From: Sphagnum compactum
Lineage: Eukaryota
DNA length: 64,000 nt
Assembly (NCBI GenBank): GCA_965153455.1
Contig: OZ234493.1
Coordinates: forward strand, 34,896,213-34,960,212
Direction of reading: 5' to 3'
Positions 48,951 to 63,180 of this stretch are shown here, in pieces. Within the stretch, counting starts at the first letter, position 1. Every line of letters begins with the position of its first letter. The notes below the pieces were generated by a model. That model was not told the DNA's origin. It did not search any database and saw nothing but the letters and a program-made list of their open reading frames with translations. The translations under genes and the position numbers were made by a program.

Positions 48951-51050
48951 TTATTGTGTAAACATCTTGACAACCAAATCTAAGTGTTTAGTTAGACGAT
49001 TGTGCAACTTGGATTTTAGGAAAGACAACGTGGAGAAACAATGTTCATCTTCTACATTGCCTAAAATCATAGCTACAAACAGTTCTACCAATGCAAAATA
49101 CTTTGATAATTGGTGTTGCAAGATGTTGCTAGATGTTAAAGTAGACCAAAGTGGGGTGACATGGTTACAAACCAATGGTGGTTCTAGAGTAGTAGCATGG
49201 TTGCTTGCATAGTGATCTTAAAGAAGGAAGCTTTGAAATCAAGTTTGCTTTCATTAAAAAGGGTTGAGATTTTCACCCAATTAGTCACTGGGCCAATGAC
49301 CTTCTCAAAACAAAATTGAGCCTTCAATAAAGCTAAATGTCCCTCAAATGTTTTTTTCAACATGAGGATTGAACCAATATTGACCATAGATGAACATCAA
49401 TTCTTGGCTTGGGAATTGTCGTTTTAATTCCTTGATCAAAGATATGATAACATGTGAACATTGCACCTTGACAACTTCAAAAGCTGCTATTTAATCATCA
49501 CGTGTAGCTTGAGTGAACACCCTAATAAAAGGGCACTTCTTATGCAATTGGTATTGCTTGCTTGTGAAGTAAAAAACCACAAATTGGATGTTTGTTGCAA
49601 ATCAATGCACCAAACAATCAGTAATTGGTCAAATGTTGATGTTTTCACACAGGTCTAAGAACAATTTGAATTTTTTGCACCATATTTTTTTTCATGATTT
49701 GAATACATGTTGTATAATTCAGCACATCACACTTTCATAACAACGACAAAATCATAGACAAATGTGTCACGAGCTTGTGCAAATTTGATAAGCACATGAA
49801 CTGACTCTAACAGAGGCATGATGCAAGCCGGTTCCATCACCACTTCAATGTCACAAATATATTAGAGGTTGGTCTTTGCTACTACCACAATATGCAAGTC
49901 ATCATGCATCTTTACCACCAATGTTTTGTATTTTGTAAAAACTCGCTTGGTAGGAGACAACATGGAGATCCACTTGATCTTTAACATTATGGAGTAGTTT
50001 CACACCCTAGGTTTCAAGCAACTTGGCAAAAATTCCATGTTCCAAATGTTTTTTAGGTGAAGATGAGAGATATGTGTACATAGTTTGCAACAACCCTTCA
50101 AGCTTACCAAATAAGGGTTGAATAGAAAAAGTTTGCACTACTAGGTCCATCTAATGTGCCATGGTGTAATCACAAAAGGTGTAGCCTTGGATTTAAGTTG
50201 AGTGGCAACACGAGCCTTATGAACACTGCAACTCCATTTGATCCAAAACAAATCAACTTGTTGCCAATTTGATCAGATGTCAAGGCCCCCTACTCCATTG
50301 TAGACTTCATAATCAATTAAATCAAGTTATCAACATTACCTCCACCAATCACCCTCTCCAAATTCAACAACAACGGAATCCTTTTAAAGTTGTTAATAAA
50401 ATAGGCATGAACACTATGCCAAGATTGGTTGTTGATTGTGGTAACTTCATCACAATTGATAGTAAGGTATTTGGCCTTTTGCACAATAGCTGTGGTGGAT
50501 ATAGTGACAATCCGATGCATGTTTTTAGCCATTTACCAACTAATGGAGTCAAATTAATGTTTACACATAGTAATTTTCACCTTCAAGATATCAAATAACT
50601 CCTTCATGCTTTCAAAATCTATCAAAGGTCGACCAAGTTTCAAAAGCTAGAATGAACTCACTAGCTTCACCAAAACTAGCCACCATTTCAACAACAATAT
50701 TCTAACCCCTGCTAGTCCATAGCCACTCATTTTTGGCATGTTGATTATTAGTAGACATAAAATTTGCCCCATAATAAGTCCAAGATGTACAACCTTGCAT
50801 TTCCTCCTACCTGCATGCTCCTACAAATTGTCAAATTTAGGAACCAATAGTTTTTCCCTCCCATTGAGCTCACTACAAATCTTGCCGCACACCATGTTAA
50901 GTTTCCCATCACACCTAACCATAACATCAACCCAAGGTAATTTTGCAGCCCGCACTTCTTGGAAAACCCAAATGAATTCCCATTTCTTTTCTTACATTTA
51001 TTTTGTGTAGGTTTGGGAATTGCAACTTGAAAATCAAGATTGAAACTTTG
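48951..51050 (-). mobile_element. Decayed hAT transposase (ZNF862/C17orf113-like subtype)
   Basis: Fragments WVFQEVRAAKLPWVD, AKYLTINCDEVTTINNQSWHSVHAY..RIPLLLNLERV, WISMLSP, LIKFAQARDTFVYDFV and dimerisation-region LVELFVAMILGNVEDEHCFSTLSFLKSKLHNRLTKHLDLVV. Repetitive CCCTAAACCCTA-containing subterminal DNA lies at ~51400-52050. Confidence 0.82.
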
Positions 51051-54000
51051 AAGTTGAACCAAATCATCATAAAGATGATGGTGATAAGGGAGAGATAGGG
51101 TTAAAGAATTGAGTTTTAGATGATGAAGCTACGTTTGTAGAAGACAGAGGCTTGACACTAAAAAACATCTTGTCTTTAAAGCCCACTAGTGGTTGCAATG
51201 AACTCATCATAATGAGATGAAGATGATAAGACATGAAAGGTAAGAAAAAAACTTAAAAGATAAAAATAGATAGGAAGAAAACAAAAGAAGTTAAAAATTA
51301 AAAAAATGAAATAGGTAGAGTTTAGAACCTTAAACCTTGCAGTAGTGCGATGGTAGCATGATGAACAGAGGGATGAACAAACAAAATTATACCTAATAGC
51401 TCAATTGTAGTGTGAGGAACAAACAAAAGTTCAAAACAACGTGATGGCAACGTGATGACAACATGATGACATTGTAATGAGTAAACATGATGAATACACC
51501 AAAAGAACCTTATACATAATCATAGAAGATGAACATACCAAAAGAAGCTTAGAGTTTCAAGATCCCTAAACCCTAGTTGAGTGTGATGAATAGTCACGAT
51601 GAGCAAAAACGAATAAGCTTAGACACAATGAGTAGAGCGAAGAAAACTTTTGAAGACACAATGAGTAGACCAGATGAAACTTAGACACTCGATGAATAGA
51701 AACAAAACTTAGAACTTCAAGATCCCTAAACTTTAACCATCGTGACAATGAATAGAAAAGAAATTTAGAGCTTCAAAATTTTTAAACCCTAACTAGCGCG
51801 ATGGAGATGATGAATAGACACAAAGCTCAAAGACAACACGAAGCTTAGAGATAGTATAACCTAAAACACGAAGAGAGCACACACGATAATAGATTAGAAG
51901 AAGCTCAAAGCTTCAAGATCCCTAAACCCTAATTTAGAGCGATGGCAGCGCGATGAGCATACACGTTGCACAATGAACATAACAATAGAAGCTCATAAAT
52001 GATGAACAACACAATGAACACACAATGCAAAACAAACTTCAAAACAAAATGTAGCATGATGAGCAATGAAGTGAGCATAAAACAAAATATTTATGGAGCT
52101 TGTAATGTAAAGATTAGGAAGATCTCGAAGTAGAATCCGAATTGCAAATTAAATAAGGAAGGAGTAAGTTTAATTGTATGCCGAAATTCCTTTTGTGCAT
52201 TCTAGCCTCCTTTCTTTCTGCCTTCCATCTCCAAGTCCAACAACCTTCTATCCAACACTATGAAAGTGAAGATTTCCATGTCGACTTTTGCCATAGATTT
52301 ACAAAACCATTGATTCTACAAACTTAATGCTTGTAGCTCCAAGTTCCAATGTCACCTTGTTGTTAACAGAGGTGGCAAAAGAATGTAGTGACAACTCACT
52401 ACAACAAAAGAGACGTGACGATTTTTTTTATAAACATGTAAAGGCAACTCACCGAAAGAAATGAGGGAATGTTGGTGATGAAGAAGGATGTCATGTGTAG
52501 TAAAGAGTGATGTCGCCTCATAGAAAATAGAATTAGGGTGGTTACAAAGCTTGAACAAGAGGAGCAGCTATGGCGATGGAGGTCGAGATCGACAAGATTG
52601 GCATCAAACATTGACAACCTTTAACGGCTTTGGATAGAAATGTTGACGATTTCCAAACCTTAATCAATCAAACGCATGGTTAGCCCTAGATCGGATGATT
52701 AGGATTATGATGAAATTGTAAAAATTAAACCGTCTGATTTTACAAGGGAGGTAAAATGAACCATTGGGATATCGCCACTCGTCAAAAAACACACATTAAC
52801 TAGTAGATATTAGAGGAAGGAAACTAAATATTGGAAGGTATGCTATTGCATTCTTGTGTAGTTGATGTCATCTCTAAGTAGAGATCTGTTGTCAAAAGGA
52901 CTCCCCATTTGTCTATTGAAAATTTTCAAAATCACTTTTGAAAATTTCAAAGAACTAGTAGATTTCTTGAAAGAACCATCCAAAAAAACTTGACGATTTA
53001 GGGTAGGTTCTTTGACTTTTCATAACCTCAATTAATAGTCAAACTCAATTCTTTGATTTTTTGAGAACCGTCAATCAAAGGTTAAAAACACTTCTTTAAT
53101 TTTTTGAGAATGGTTGGTCGAGGTTTCATAAACCTAACCCTTACCCGCCAGTTCTTTGAAAACAAGAGACAAAGTGTTGGGTGGGTACTAAGTCTTTTAC
53201 CCTGATATACTAATGGGCAAATTACATGGTAAATTCAAGTAGATATATATTTTGATCTCACCATGTCTTATGCCACACAATTAGTGTATATTGGGGGTTT
53301 ATTGCATGGAGGGAATTATTTTTTTGAAGTGGGTAAAAAGAGTGTCATAAATTACATAGTATTTATCATAGTACTACTAGTGTTTTTTTTTCATTTTTTT
53401 AATATCGAAATTTTAGACAAATTTAACAAAACATTAGAAAATTTAGTCGAATTTACACTAGAAAAACAAAAAAATTCAAAAATTTCCCAAGGTATTTGTC
53501 AAAAAATAGTGAAATTTCATCAGAAAAATAATCAATGAGTAGTACCTTGGTAGCTTTGACACTACTTTTATATAGTTTGGAAATTTTCAAAGCACTTGTG
53601 ATAACAAATATAGTGTTTTTCTTTTAATTTTTTGAGGTTTGATAGGTAATGAGCATCCCAAGTTAAATTTAACATTTATGATGACAAAACTAAGCATTTG
53701 CAAAAGAAAATTCCACTTTTCTTTCTTTTTTTCGGGTAATTTTTTTGGTGGGTTGCCATGGTGTGAAAATTTGTCACAGAAAAAAAACAAAACAATGATT
53801 CTTATGCACCTCCCCCAAGAAGAGATCTTGTTTATGATAAATTATTTACGAGGGAAACATGGTTCTAAATTGAAATTTTTTCCTCAAGATTCTCTTTTGA
53901 TTGCTCCCAGCCCCTTAGTATCTACATTTCTATTTAGGTGTACCAGCTGCTTCCACTGTCCTGCCAAAAAGGCTAGTAGATTTACCTATGGTACACTCTG

Positions 54001-57000
54001 GTCACTAGAGGTTGGGTCCCCAGTCTTTGCACAAGTCTAAGTACTTCCTTGATAGCCATTTTCCTCTTGTCCCAGCTACCTTAGCAACAACTGATGTTCA
54101 GCACTTCTTTACCGAATATTTATTCATTTAAAAAGAAAGAGTTTAGACAGTTTCAAATTGAAATTTTTCAGAATTTCAACATGTAAGGAACAACAACTAT
54201 GCAAAAAAAATATATATTTCGTGTATTTGTATTAATAACCCAATGGTTGGGACAATAAATAATAATAATATATATTTTAACATGCATCAATAGAATTTTC
54301 TTTTATAAATTAGCAATCTTATAAATTATATATATATACAAAATGTGAGTGCAGTTCATTAGTCCTTGTTTAGTGGATTAGTGAATCCATTGTCCTCATT
54401 CAGTCAAATCTAATGAATTCATTACACCCATTCAATCAAATTTAATGAATTCACTCAAAATCCAATGAAATCACATATGAACAAACGACACATTTTGTTA
54501 TAAAATTTGTGTCAAACATTAGTTGTAGTTAAGGTAGTGTAACTAGTGTGTAATGAGTAGTTGTGATCATTAACACTAGTGGATACAATGGGCGACATCT
54601 TACCTACAATTGATGAAATCTTGAGTGCAAAAAAAAAGTTACAACATCAAAAAAAAGATGGACCCTAGGATTCACATTGTGGATGATTTCTTCAATCACC
54701 CAGCATTCATTCATCCCATAAAGCCAACTGGCTACTAGTTAAGATTGCATGTGGGCATCTGTCCAAGTAGTTGTGGCTTTGAGTGACAACTAGTGTCATG
54801 CTAGGCTACTACTACTCATCATGGTAACATAATTGGGTTCTCAGTATATGAACCAAAAGAAAGGTGTTAGTAGATTCCCCAAGTCTTGAAGGGTGGAGAA
54901 GGGTTTAGGGTTTAGGGCGTGGGTTGTTTCCCTTACCATGAATCATACCCACTATGATTGTGTTGGGTGACTATGTAAACGAAATCATGTAATGGTGTCC
55001 CCAATGCTTAGCTTAGATGAAGAGCTTTCGTGATGGTTGGAAAAAGAATTCCTTCCTTCGGTTGGAAACGAATGTACTAGTAGCCTAGTAGTGATAACTA
55101 TGACCGAGACAATTAGTTGTGAAGCTTGGTTGGTAGAATTCTTATTGTGGAAAGGAACCTGCTACATGTAGTTTTTCCTGTTGTCAGAAACAAGTAAATT
55201 ACTATGCACGAAATGGACACCAAGTCTTGGACATGGTGCTAAAGGCAAAATGACAACGGCCCTTTGGATGGACACCCTTTCAGGTAGGTATACTTGAAAC
55301 AATCAAGGATGGATAAAATCTCTTATCCAAAGTTCCTCAATCATCCACATTTTAATTCTTTTCCAATTGCGGTTTTTAGTTAGTTGGGATGGAAAAGAAC
55401 ATTGAATTGGTAAAATTTCAATGTTCTTTCCAATGAACCATAATTTAAGAAGAAATAGTAGTAGTAGTAGCCATGCCAATAGGCAAAGGGCTACACATTC
55501 ACTAGGGTTTACAAAACCTTAACCAGACATACGATGTAGCTCATGGACATACTATTGTGAAAAAAAAGGTGATCAGAAGACCTATAAAATGTCCGTAGTA
55601 ACTTAGAACTACCTTAAAAGAATAGAACTCAAAGCTCTAGACTAAAGAGGGGGCAATTGATTTGATATTTCATTTACTTCATTTATTAATTTGTTAGGTA
55701 TCTCATTAATTTCTTTGTTGTGCACGGTTTTGTGACAATTTCAATGTTCTTTCAAGTAATATTATTTGTCATATAAATTATAGATAATTTAACCTAAAGC
55801 GTAATTATAATTCGTAAACCCAAAAAAAAAAACAATCCAAATATCATGGCATGACCTTTGTGTATTTTACACCGTTCTTTCAAACGGGGGTGATGTGGGC
55901 ATTTCACTTTTCAAAAGAACATTTCCTTTTTTTAAGATATTTTTCCCAATGAAATCTCACAATTTAAAAATAAAATAAAATAATGCCAACACTTTACACA
56001 AGGGAATAATGCTTTTGGAGTTGTTATGTCTATATTGAGCCGTGTTGTTATTGTAAATGAGGGTTCTTTTAGGCTGGGCATTTTTTCAATCGTTCTTCCC
56101 CTCTTCTTATGTGATATGTTTCTTGCAACTAAGGTGAAAGTTTAAGTACTTGATTTGTTCTCATTCCCTTAGCGGACTGCCCTCTCCCCTTCTCCTTATC
56201 TGATATGCTTCTCACAACGGAGGGGAAAGTTCAAGCACTTGATTTGTTCCTGTTCCCTTAGTGGACTGCCCTCTTTAGAGGATTCTTCCATTGCCAGAAC
56301 TTGAGTCCTTCCATCTTGTACCTTTTCTCCCCCCACAAATGGTGCCTTGTTTTATTGATGATTGGCAGGTTTTCATCACTTTGAGTCGCACTTCATGTCA
56401 CTTCAAAATGAGAGAGAGAGAGAGAGAGGTCTCCTTTGGATTCCCAATTGTATCATCTAGTGCACCTGACAAGAAAATAATCTCCAAGATATGAAACAAT
56501 GGCATCCTAGTCTCCTCCAAATTCAAGCTATAATTCCGATGTACTTACTTAATGATTCCTGCCTGATTCACCAAGCCCCCAGAGACACAGAGAGAGAGAG
56601 AGAGAGAGCAAGAGAGAGTTCTGGCCAACCCTGAAACATCTCTTTAAGAAACACTCTCTTAAATGACATATGTATGCACCCAAAAAAAAGTCATCAGAAC
56701 ATGCAGACCATTTGGCAGAGAGTATAAAGTAGTAAGTACTCTTGGACTACCCCATGGCCCCCACCACACCACCCATCACACACACTCCAGGGCAAGTGTT
56801 TTGGGGGGGGGAGAGAAGGGTGTTCAATTTTGTGATGTAGTACTCAAAATGGCAATGATTCACAAGAGGATTTAGCCAAATTTGTCCACAAGTTCAATAT
56901 CAAAAACAAAAAAAATAAAAAATGGGTAAAAAAATTTCCTTCTATGTTTTTGGTTACATACTTTAACCATGTATAAAAAATCTGGAGAATTTTTTTGGTC

Positions 57001-57579
57001 CAATTCTGGCTATTGAAAATCATATATGCTTTTTGATTTGCAGTATGGTAGCCAAATATATAAAATCTGTATGATGCAGATATAATTGTTGGGGTTCTTT
57101 GCTTTAAACCATTGCCCTGTACCTTACCCTCTAAGTTCCAATGATAGCTTTTGGGGATGGTAAGGTTTCAACTTCTGGAAATGATGTCTGTTGAGTGTTG
57201 AGGAACAACAACAACAACACATCTTAACTAACTACCAGACAAACAACAATCAAAGAGTTGAATAAGAAGTGGGAGTCACGGAGTGTGAAAGGGCCTGCCT
57301 TTAACTCCATAATATTGCCCTTTGTCATTAGGCCAGGCAACGAGAGGTGTGCTGAACTCAGTTCAATGATGATGAAACTCTTCTGCCAATCATAAATAAA
57401 CCAAAGCACCCAAAACAAAACAGGGGGGGAATACAAGGAACAAAATGGAAGAATGGGCGTCCAAGAAGACAAAAGAACCACCTAAGAGGGAAAACCACAA
57501 TGGGCATGTCAAGTTCCCGAACCCCCTCCTGTCCTCAGAAGCATATCAAAGAAGAAAAGGCTAGTTAACGGAGGACTTG

Positions 57580-57679
57580 GTAACCAGTGAAAGAGTGCTC
57601 GGTTACCAGAGATAGTAGTCAAGCCATGGATAGATGTGCTGAGACTATCTGCGGTAACCAGTACGCTCTCACTCGTTAC
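57580..57679 (-). ncRNA. Candidate MIRNA-like stem-loop
   Basis: Arms 57580-57616 and 57644-57679 pair over ~36 bp; on the minus strand there are 4 mismatches, 2 G-U pairs and 1 bulge. It lies in non-repetitive intergenic DNA. Confidence 0.35.
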
Positions 57680-59085
57680 TGAACATAACCATCCCTCCAT
57701 CCGTTTCCCTCCTTTCATCCATGCAGAGAGTGATTATGAAATGTTCATCCAAGAAAGTGAAGTGTTACAACAGAATCATCAGGCCAACAAGAGCCAAGAG
57801 TGATATCTTGTGCTAACTAGTCGCTCTGTAACCAATAAAATATAAATAAATCAAAGGCTATGTGGAGGTGTATAACTCACACTCGTGACCTCATAGCCAA
57901 TCAGAGTGTTGAGATTCTTATTCCTGATGATGATGAGCCACTTCAGGAATAAAAGTGCGATTCTGGAATGTGAATATGGATGAAAACCTATGAGTCATCA
58001 TCGATCAAAACAGAGCACAAAATGAACAAAGGAAGGGACAAAAAACAAGGTACAAGATGAAAGGACCCAAGTCTTGGCAAATGAAGAATCCTCCAAAGAG
58101 AGAAAATTTCTTAAAACACGGAGTTCTGAGGTAACACGGAGTTGACAATTAATGAATCTTTTGCCTTGTAAGACTAGCCACACTCCCCTCATAACTCACA
58201 AAACACCCACCACCCACCCACCACCTTCCAAGTTCCCAGTTCCCCACCTCTTTCCCCCCCCCAATTATTGGGGGCCTGCATGTGTGTAAGTGGAGAAAAT
58301 TTGTATTATGGGGGAGGAATTTTCTTTTGAAAGCCATAGTGGTGAGCAACCAAAGGAAGCTTTAGTCAAATTTGGCTATTAACCAAATATGAAATATAAA
58401 TTTTTTAATCATCCTTTAATATATTTGGCTACCAAACTGGAAACCAAATATAAGGATCTGGTGATTTGTATCTGATTGATTGTTATAAGTGTACACATGG
58501 TCGGTTTTGAACATTTGCTAATGAGATTATTATCAATAATAAAAACTAGCTTGAAAAAGGATCATTTTAAAAAATTGATCTCTCGGAGCGTCTCCTTTAC
58601 ACTTTATTCATTATTACATTTTATTTTATTTTGTGATTTTTGGGACATAAACAATAAGATAAACAATTGATGTGTAAAAAGGAAAGGAAGGACATCAAAG
58701 TTAAATGGAGGATGATCTGCTCACATCGATTCCTTTCAAATTAGGGTTAGGGTTGACGATCATATAAAGTGATGATTTCAAAGACATAAGAAAAAAAAAA
58801 AAAAAAACCACCAACAATAACAACAACAACGTTCGACACTCACTATTAAACTTAACTGGGAAATTAGTTAATGCAAGACTCATTATTCATGAGACTGTAA
58901 GTCAAGTATTAGCCAAAAACCCAAAAAATTCATGAGCCTATAAGTCAAGCATTAGCCAAAAAAAATCCAAGAATAAAATAAAAATTGGTCTCAGCCTCCC
59001 TCTCTTCTCTCTCTCTCTTCTCTCTCTCTTCCTCTCTGGAATCTGATCTCTCTGCTTCAGCAACAACAGTAGCTGTAGCAACAAA

Positions 59086-59116
<31 letters not shown>

Positions 59117-59125
59117 CTCTTCTGC

Positions 59126-59156
<31 letters not shown>

Positions 59157-59939
59157 TCATGATTCCACAGAGTGAAAAGCAGTACATAGTACTGGCACTT
59201 AACTACTCTAGTGGAGTGAAAAGGATTCTTCACTAGTGAGGAGGAGGAGGTGGAGGAGGAGGAGGAGGTGGTGGTGGTCCCTGGAGGAGGAGGTGGTTGC
59301 TGACATTTTTGTAGGAGTAGCTGGTTGTGGGAAGGTCCCACCAGTGAGTATTGGAGAAGAGGAGGAGGAGGAGGAGCTGGAGAATTAGATGGGCAGTGTC
59401 GCTTTGCAGCTTGTGTAGCTAGTGCAGCTTACGTGATCATCCAGCTTCAATGTGACAGACGGGGGGGGTGGGGGAGGGGGAAGTGCCTGCAGACAGGAAG
59501 CTAGCTGGGGTTCTTATCTATTATGCACTACAACTGTTGCAGGCAGATTGGTTATCTAGTGGTGCAGCAGCAGCAGCTGGAGTGATCAGAGTGTCGTCGC
59601 AATCCTCGACCGGAAGTAGCAGAAGTTGTGAGGAGATTTGCATAACAATATCAGAATCCAGACACTTAAAAGAGTGCTGGAACTGCAGCTGCACATATTC
59701 ATAGCTAGCTAGCTTGTAGTTTTGCAGCAGTATAATACTGGTGAGATCAGTCGATCATCAGGAAGGAAGGAAAGGTACTTGCAGTTGAGGTGCTTTGGCA
59801 GTAAACTGCAAATCGTGTCATGAGATTGCGGCAGCAGCTGATCAGCAGCAACAGCAGCAGCAGGTGGTCTAGTGAGCTGCCCGCCGCGGGCGCTGCTGGA
59901 TCAGTTGGGTCGAGGATGAAACCGCGGCGTCCAGCTGAT

Positions 59940-62675
59940 ATGGGGAAAGTGTTGATAGGAATGCTCCTAGTGCAGCTTGTCATGGTGCTATCTCTGCTGC
60001 TCGACAGTACTCCTTTGGTCAAATGTGTGCAGGGAGCTCGACATGTCGATGAGTCTCTCAAGCACTCAGCTGCTTTTCTGCAGCCCGCGTCTTTGCAGAA
60101 TGTGAGTAGAAATGTAGTCCAGTCCTCGAGCTGCCTTAGCTAGCTTCTTCTTGTTTGCATTCTTGCGTCGATCGTCTCATGGTTTGTGAAACAAGTTGCT
60201 GCCAAGTTTACTACTGTTGCAGTGTAAGCAGAGCCTTCCTAGCTATGACAGGAGTCAGGAACAAGATTTCAGCAGCTGATGAATCCCGCTTTGCACATTG
60301 CTCATCTCTTTTTCTTGTTGTTGTTGTTGCTGCTGCTGCTCGCAGGTGATTCGTGTTGAACTCATGCACAGAGATCACCCGGCTTCGCCTTTGAGTTCTT
60401 CTAGCGACGGAAGTGTGAAGAGCTTTCCGACCAGGTTTGCAGAGGCTGTAGAAAGGAGTTACTCTCGCGCGGCTTACTTCGCCACAAGAATGCGCAGCAG
60501 CAGTAGCAGCAGCAGGACCACCATCCCTGCTGCTCGCGCCGTCGGCTACACCCAAGAACAAAAGTTTGAAAGCGGAGTCTCAGCCGGCACGGGAGAATAT
60601 CTCATGTCGCTGTCTCTGGGCACTCCTCCCCAGCAATTCGCCGCCATCGTCGATACTGGTAGTGACCTGAATTGGGTTCAGTGCTTGCCATGCAAAGTCT
60701 GCTACCAACAGACCAGCAACAAGTTCGATCCTTCCAGATCTTCGACATACCGAGATGTTCCATGCGCAAACCAACTGTGCCAGGTACCAGACAATTTCAG
60801 CTGCAAGCTGCTCTTCTTCTTCTCCTTCTTGTCTGTTGCATTAGAACATCTTCTGCAAAATCCAATCCAATCCAGAAGAGTCCACTTCCCGAAAGCTTAT
60901 ACCTTTGAGTCTTGAAACTTTGGTGGGCTCATAACTCCCACATCTTAGCTCTGATCGAGTAGCTTCAAACAACAAAGTTGTAGGCCTTGAAGAGGTCTTT
61001 CCAACGACATATCGCATGACATGACAATATGGTGTCCCGCACCGATGCAACTGTTTTTTTCTGCAGGCACTTCCGATTCAGAACTGTGTCTCCGCGACTT
61101 GTGATTACGAGTACGTGTATGGAGATCAGTCCAGCACGTCTGGAGAATTAGCTTTCGATACCATCTCTCTTGCCAACGGAGGAGGAGCACCGGACGGCAT
61201 TCCCAATTTTGCTTTCGGATGTGGGCATGCGAATCAGGGAACATTTGCTGGTGCCGGTGGGCTTGTAGGACTAGGCCAAGGTCCAGTGTCACTAGTCTCT
61301 CAGCTGAGCTCCACCTCCACATTCCCTGACAGATTCTCCTACTGCTTGGTCAGCTTGAATGCCGCCACCACCACCACCAGTGCACTTCTGTTTGGCAACG
61401 TGAACACAGTCGCTGGAATTCAGTACACTCCCATCATCAGAAACGCTGTGCACCCGACTTACTATTATGTGCAAATGGTGGGCATCAGTGTGGGTGGTGT
61501 CAATCTCGGCATCAATCCTTCCACTTTTGATATCAATCCCTCCTCTGGTGCTGGTGGCACCATTCTGGACTCTGGAACCACCATCTCTATGCTAACTCTG
61601 CCTGCTTACGAAGCTGTTCTTGAGGTAAGTCGATTTTTAAGGCACTGCTCATCAAACCTTGCAATATTTCACACTTTGTTTTCATGGGTGTGGTGCAGCA
61701 GCTTAGAGCGGAATAATTGTTTGTAGCTCTCCTGAATTCTTGCTCGGATCATCATCAACAGTTCCTTAGAGATTCTGGCTGTTGGGTCTTGGTGAAAAGC
61801 ATGTTGATCTTCTTCCAAGCTCAGATCATCATCAACAGTTCCTTAGAGATTCTGGCTGTTGGGTCTTGGTGAAAAGCATGTCAATCTTTTTCCAAGCTCA
61901 GATCATCATCAACAGTTCCTTAGAGATTCTGGCTGTTGGGTCTTGGTGAAAAGCATGTCGATCTTCTTCCAAGCTGTTCTGACTGGCATTATGATCTCGG
62001 TCAAGCACATCTTGATCTTGATTCTGTCTGTTAATTGGTCGTTGTCAAGAACCTTTCTTCTAACTGTTGTATTATGAACAACAATCTTCATCAAGCTGCT
62101 GCTGCTGCTGCTGCATCTTGATGATTCTGGCTGTTGTTGGGTCATGAGTATCTATCTATCTATCTATCTTTGTTAATCTTAAGCAGATCAGCTTCTTTCT
62201 GACTGGAATTTATAGGATCTTCCTGGAGGAGTGAGCACGTCAATGAGATTCTCATCATGTCTCACTGACTGTTTCTTTGGCTGATCTTTCTGTGTGTCTT
62301 GTGATCTTTGGGGATGATGCTGATGATGATGGTGGTGGTGGTGGTGATGATGATGATGTACTACAGGCTTTCCAGAGAGAAGTGGCATACCCGCTGACAG
62401 ATGGGACTCCATATGGGCTGGATCTGTGCTTCGACATAGCGGGAGTGACCAACCCTACTGTGCCAGACATGACGTTCCACTTCCAAGGGGGAGCCAACTT
62501 CTTGCTCCTGCCTGAGAACCTGTTTGCCATTGTTGATGCTTTGGACTCTGTCATGTGTATGGCGATGGCAGGCAGTGAAGGCTTCAGCATCATTGGCAAC
62601 ATCCAGCAACAAGACCATTTGGTGATCTACGACCGAGTCGCTCAGAGGATTGGCTTTGCCAATGCCAATTGTTAA
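59940..62675 (+). CDS. Secreted aspartic protease, family A1 (nepenthesin/CDR1-like), intact, 4 exons
   Basis: Exons 59940-60101 (signal peptide MGKVLIGMLLVQLVMVLSLLL), 60346-60783 (LMHRDHPASP, GEYLMSLSLGTPP, VDTGSDLNWVQCLPC), 61067-61624 (YGDQS, FGCGH, GLVGLGQGPVSLVSQL, FSYCL, ILDSGTT) and 62367-62675 (LDLCF, IIGNIQQQ, YDRVAQRIGFANANC*). Both catalytic Asp motifs are present. Confidence 0.95.
61747..61975 (+). repeat. Tandem repeat, ~77-bp unit x3, in aspartic protease intron 3
   Basis: GATCATCATCAACAGTTCCTTAGAGATTCTGGCTGTTGGGTCTTGGTGAAAAGCATG...CCAAGCTCA occurs three times. Confidence 0.9.
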
Positions 62676-62739
62676 CCCCCAGGACTAAATGGCATTTCAC
62701 CCACCAACTGACCTACCTACCTACCTACCTACCTACCTC

Positions 62740-63180
62740 CTTGGTTGAGCCTAAATCCGTTCAACTTTCATCCACTCAGTTGAGTATGAATTTGTTCGAT
62801 CCACTGACTTTCTTTCATCTGCTCACCTGGTTGGAGTCTGAATTCATTCAACCAACTTTCATCTGCTCATTTCGATTGTAGTCTGAATTTCATTCAGCCA
62901 ATTTTTTTTCATCTGCTCCTTCAGTTGAATCTGAATTCAATCAGCCAACTTTTTCATCTGCTTGCTCATTCAGTTGAGTCTGAAATTCATTCAGCCCCAA
63001 CTTTTCCATCTGCTTGCTCATTTGGTTGAGTCTGAAATTCATTCGGCCCAACTTTTTCATCTGCTTGCTCATTTGGTCGAGTCTGAATTCATTCAGCCGA
63101 CTTTTTCATCTGCTCATTGGGTTGAGTCTGAATTCATTCAGCTGACATTTTCATCTGCTCATTCGGTTGAGTCTGAATTA
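62740..63180 (+). repeat. Minisatellite, ~40-47-bp unit x~10, directly after the protease stop codon
   Basis: Recurrent TTGAGTCTGAATTCATTCAGCCAACTTTTTCATCTGCT(TGCT)CATT, degrading into related motifs up to ~63500. Confidence 0.85.

Noticed and set aside
57914..57950. 10-bp inverted repeat TTATTCCTGA...TCAGGAATAA
   Set aside because: Too short to distinguish from chance.
62740..63180. Regularly spaced repeats resembling a CRISPR array
   Set aside because: No unique spacers, degenerate units, no cas genes and a eukaryotic context; this is a minisatellite.
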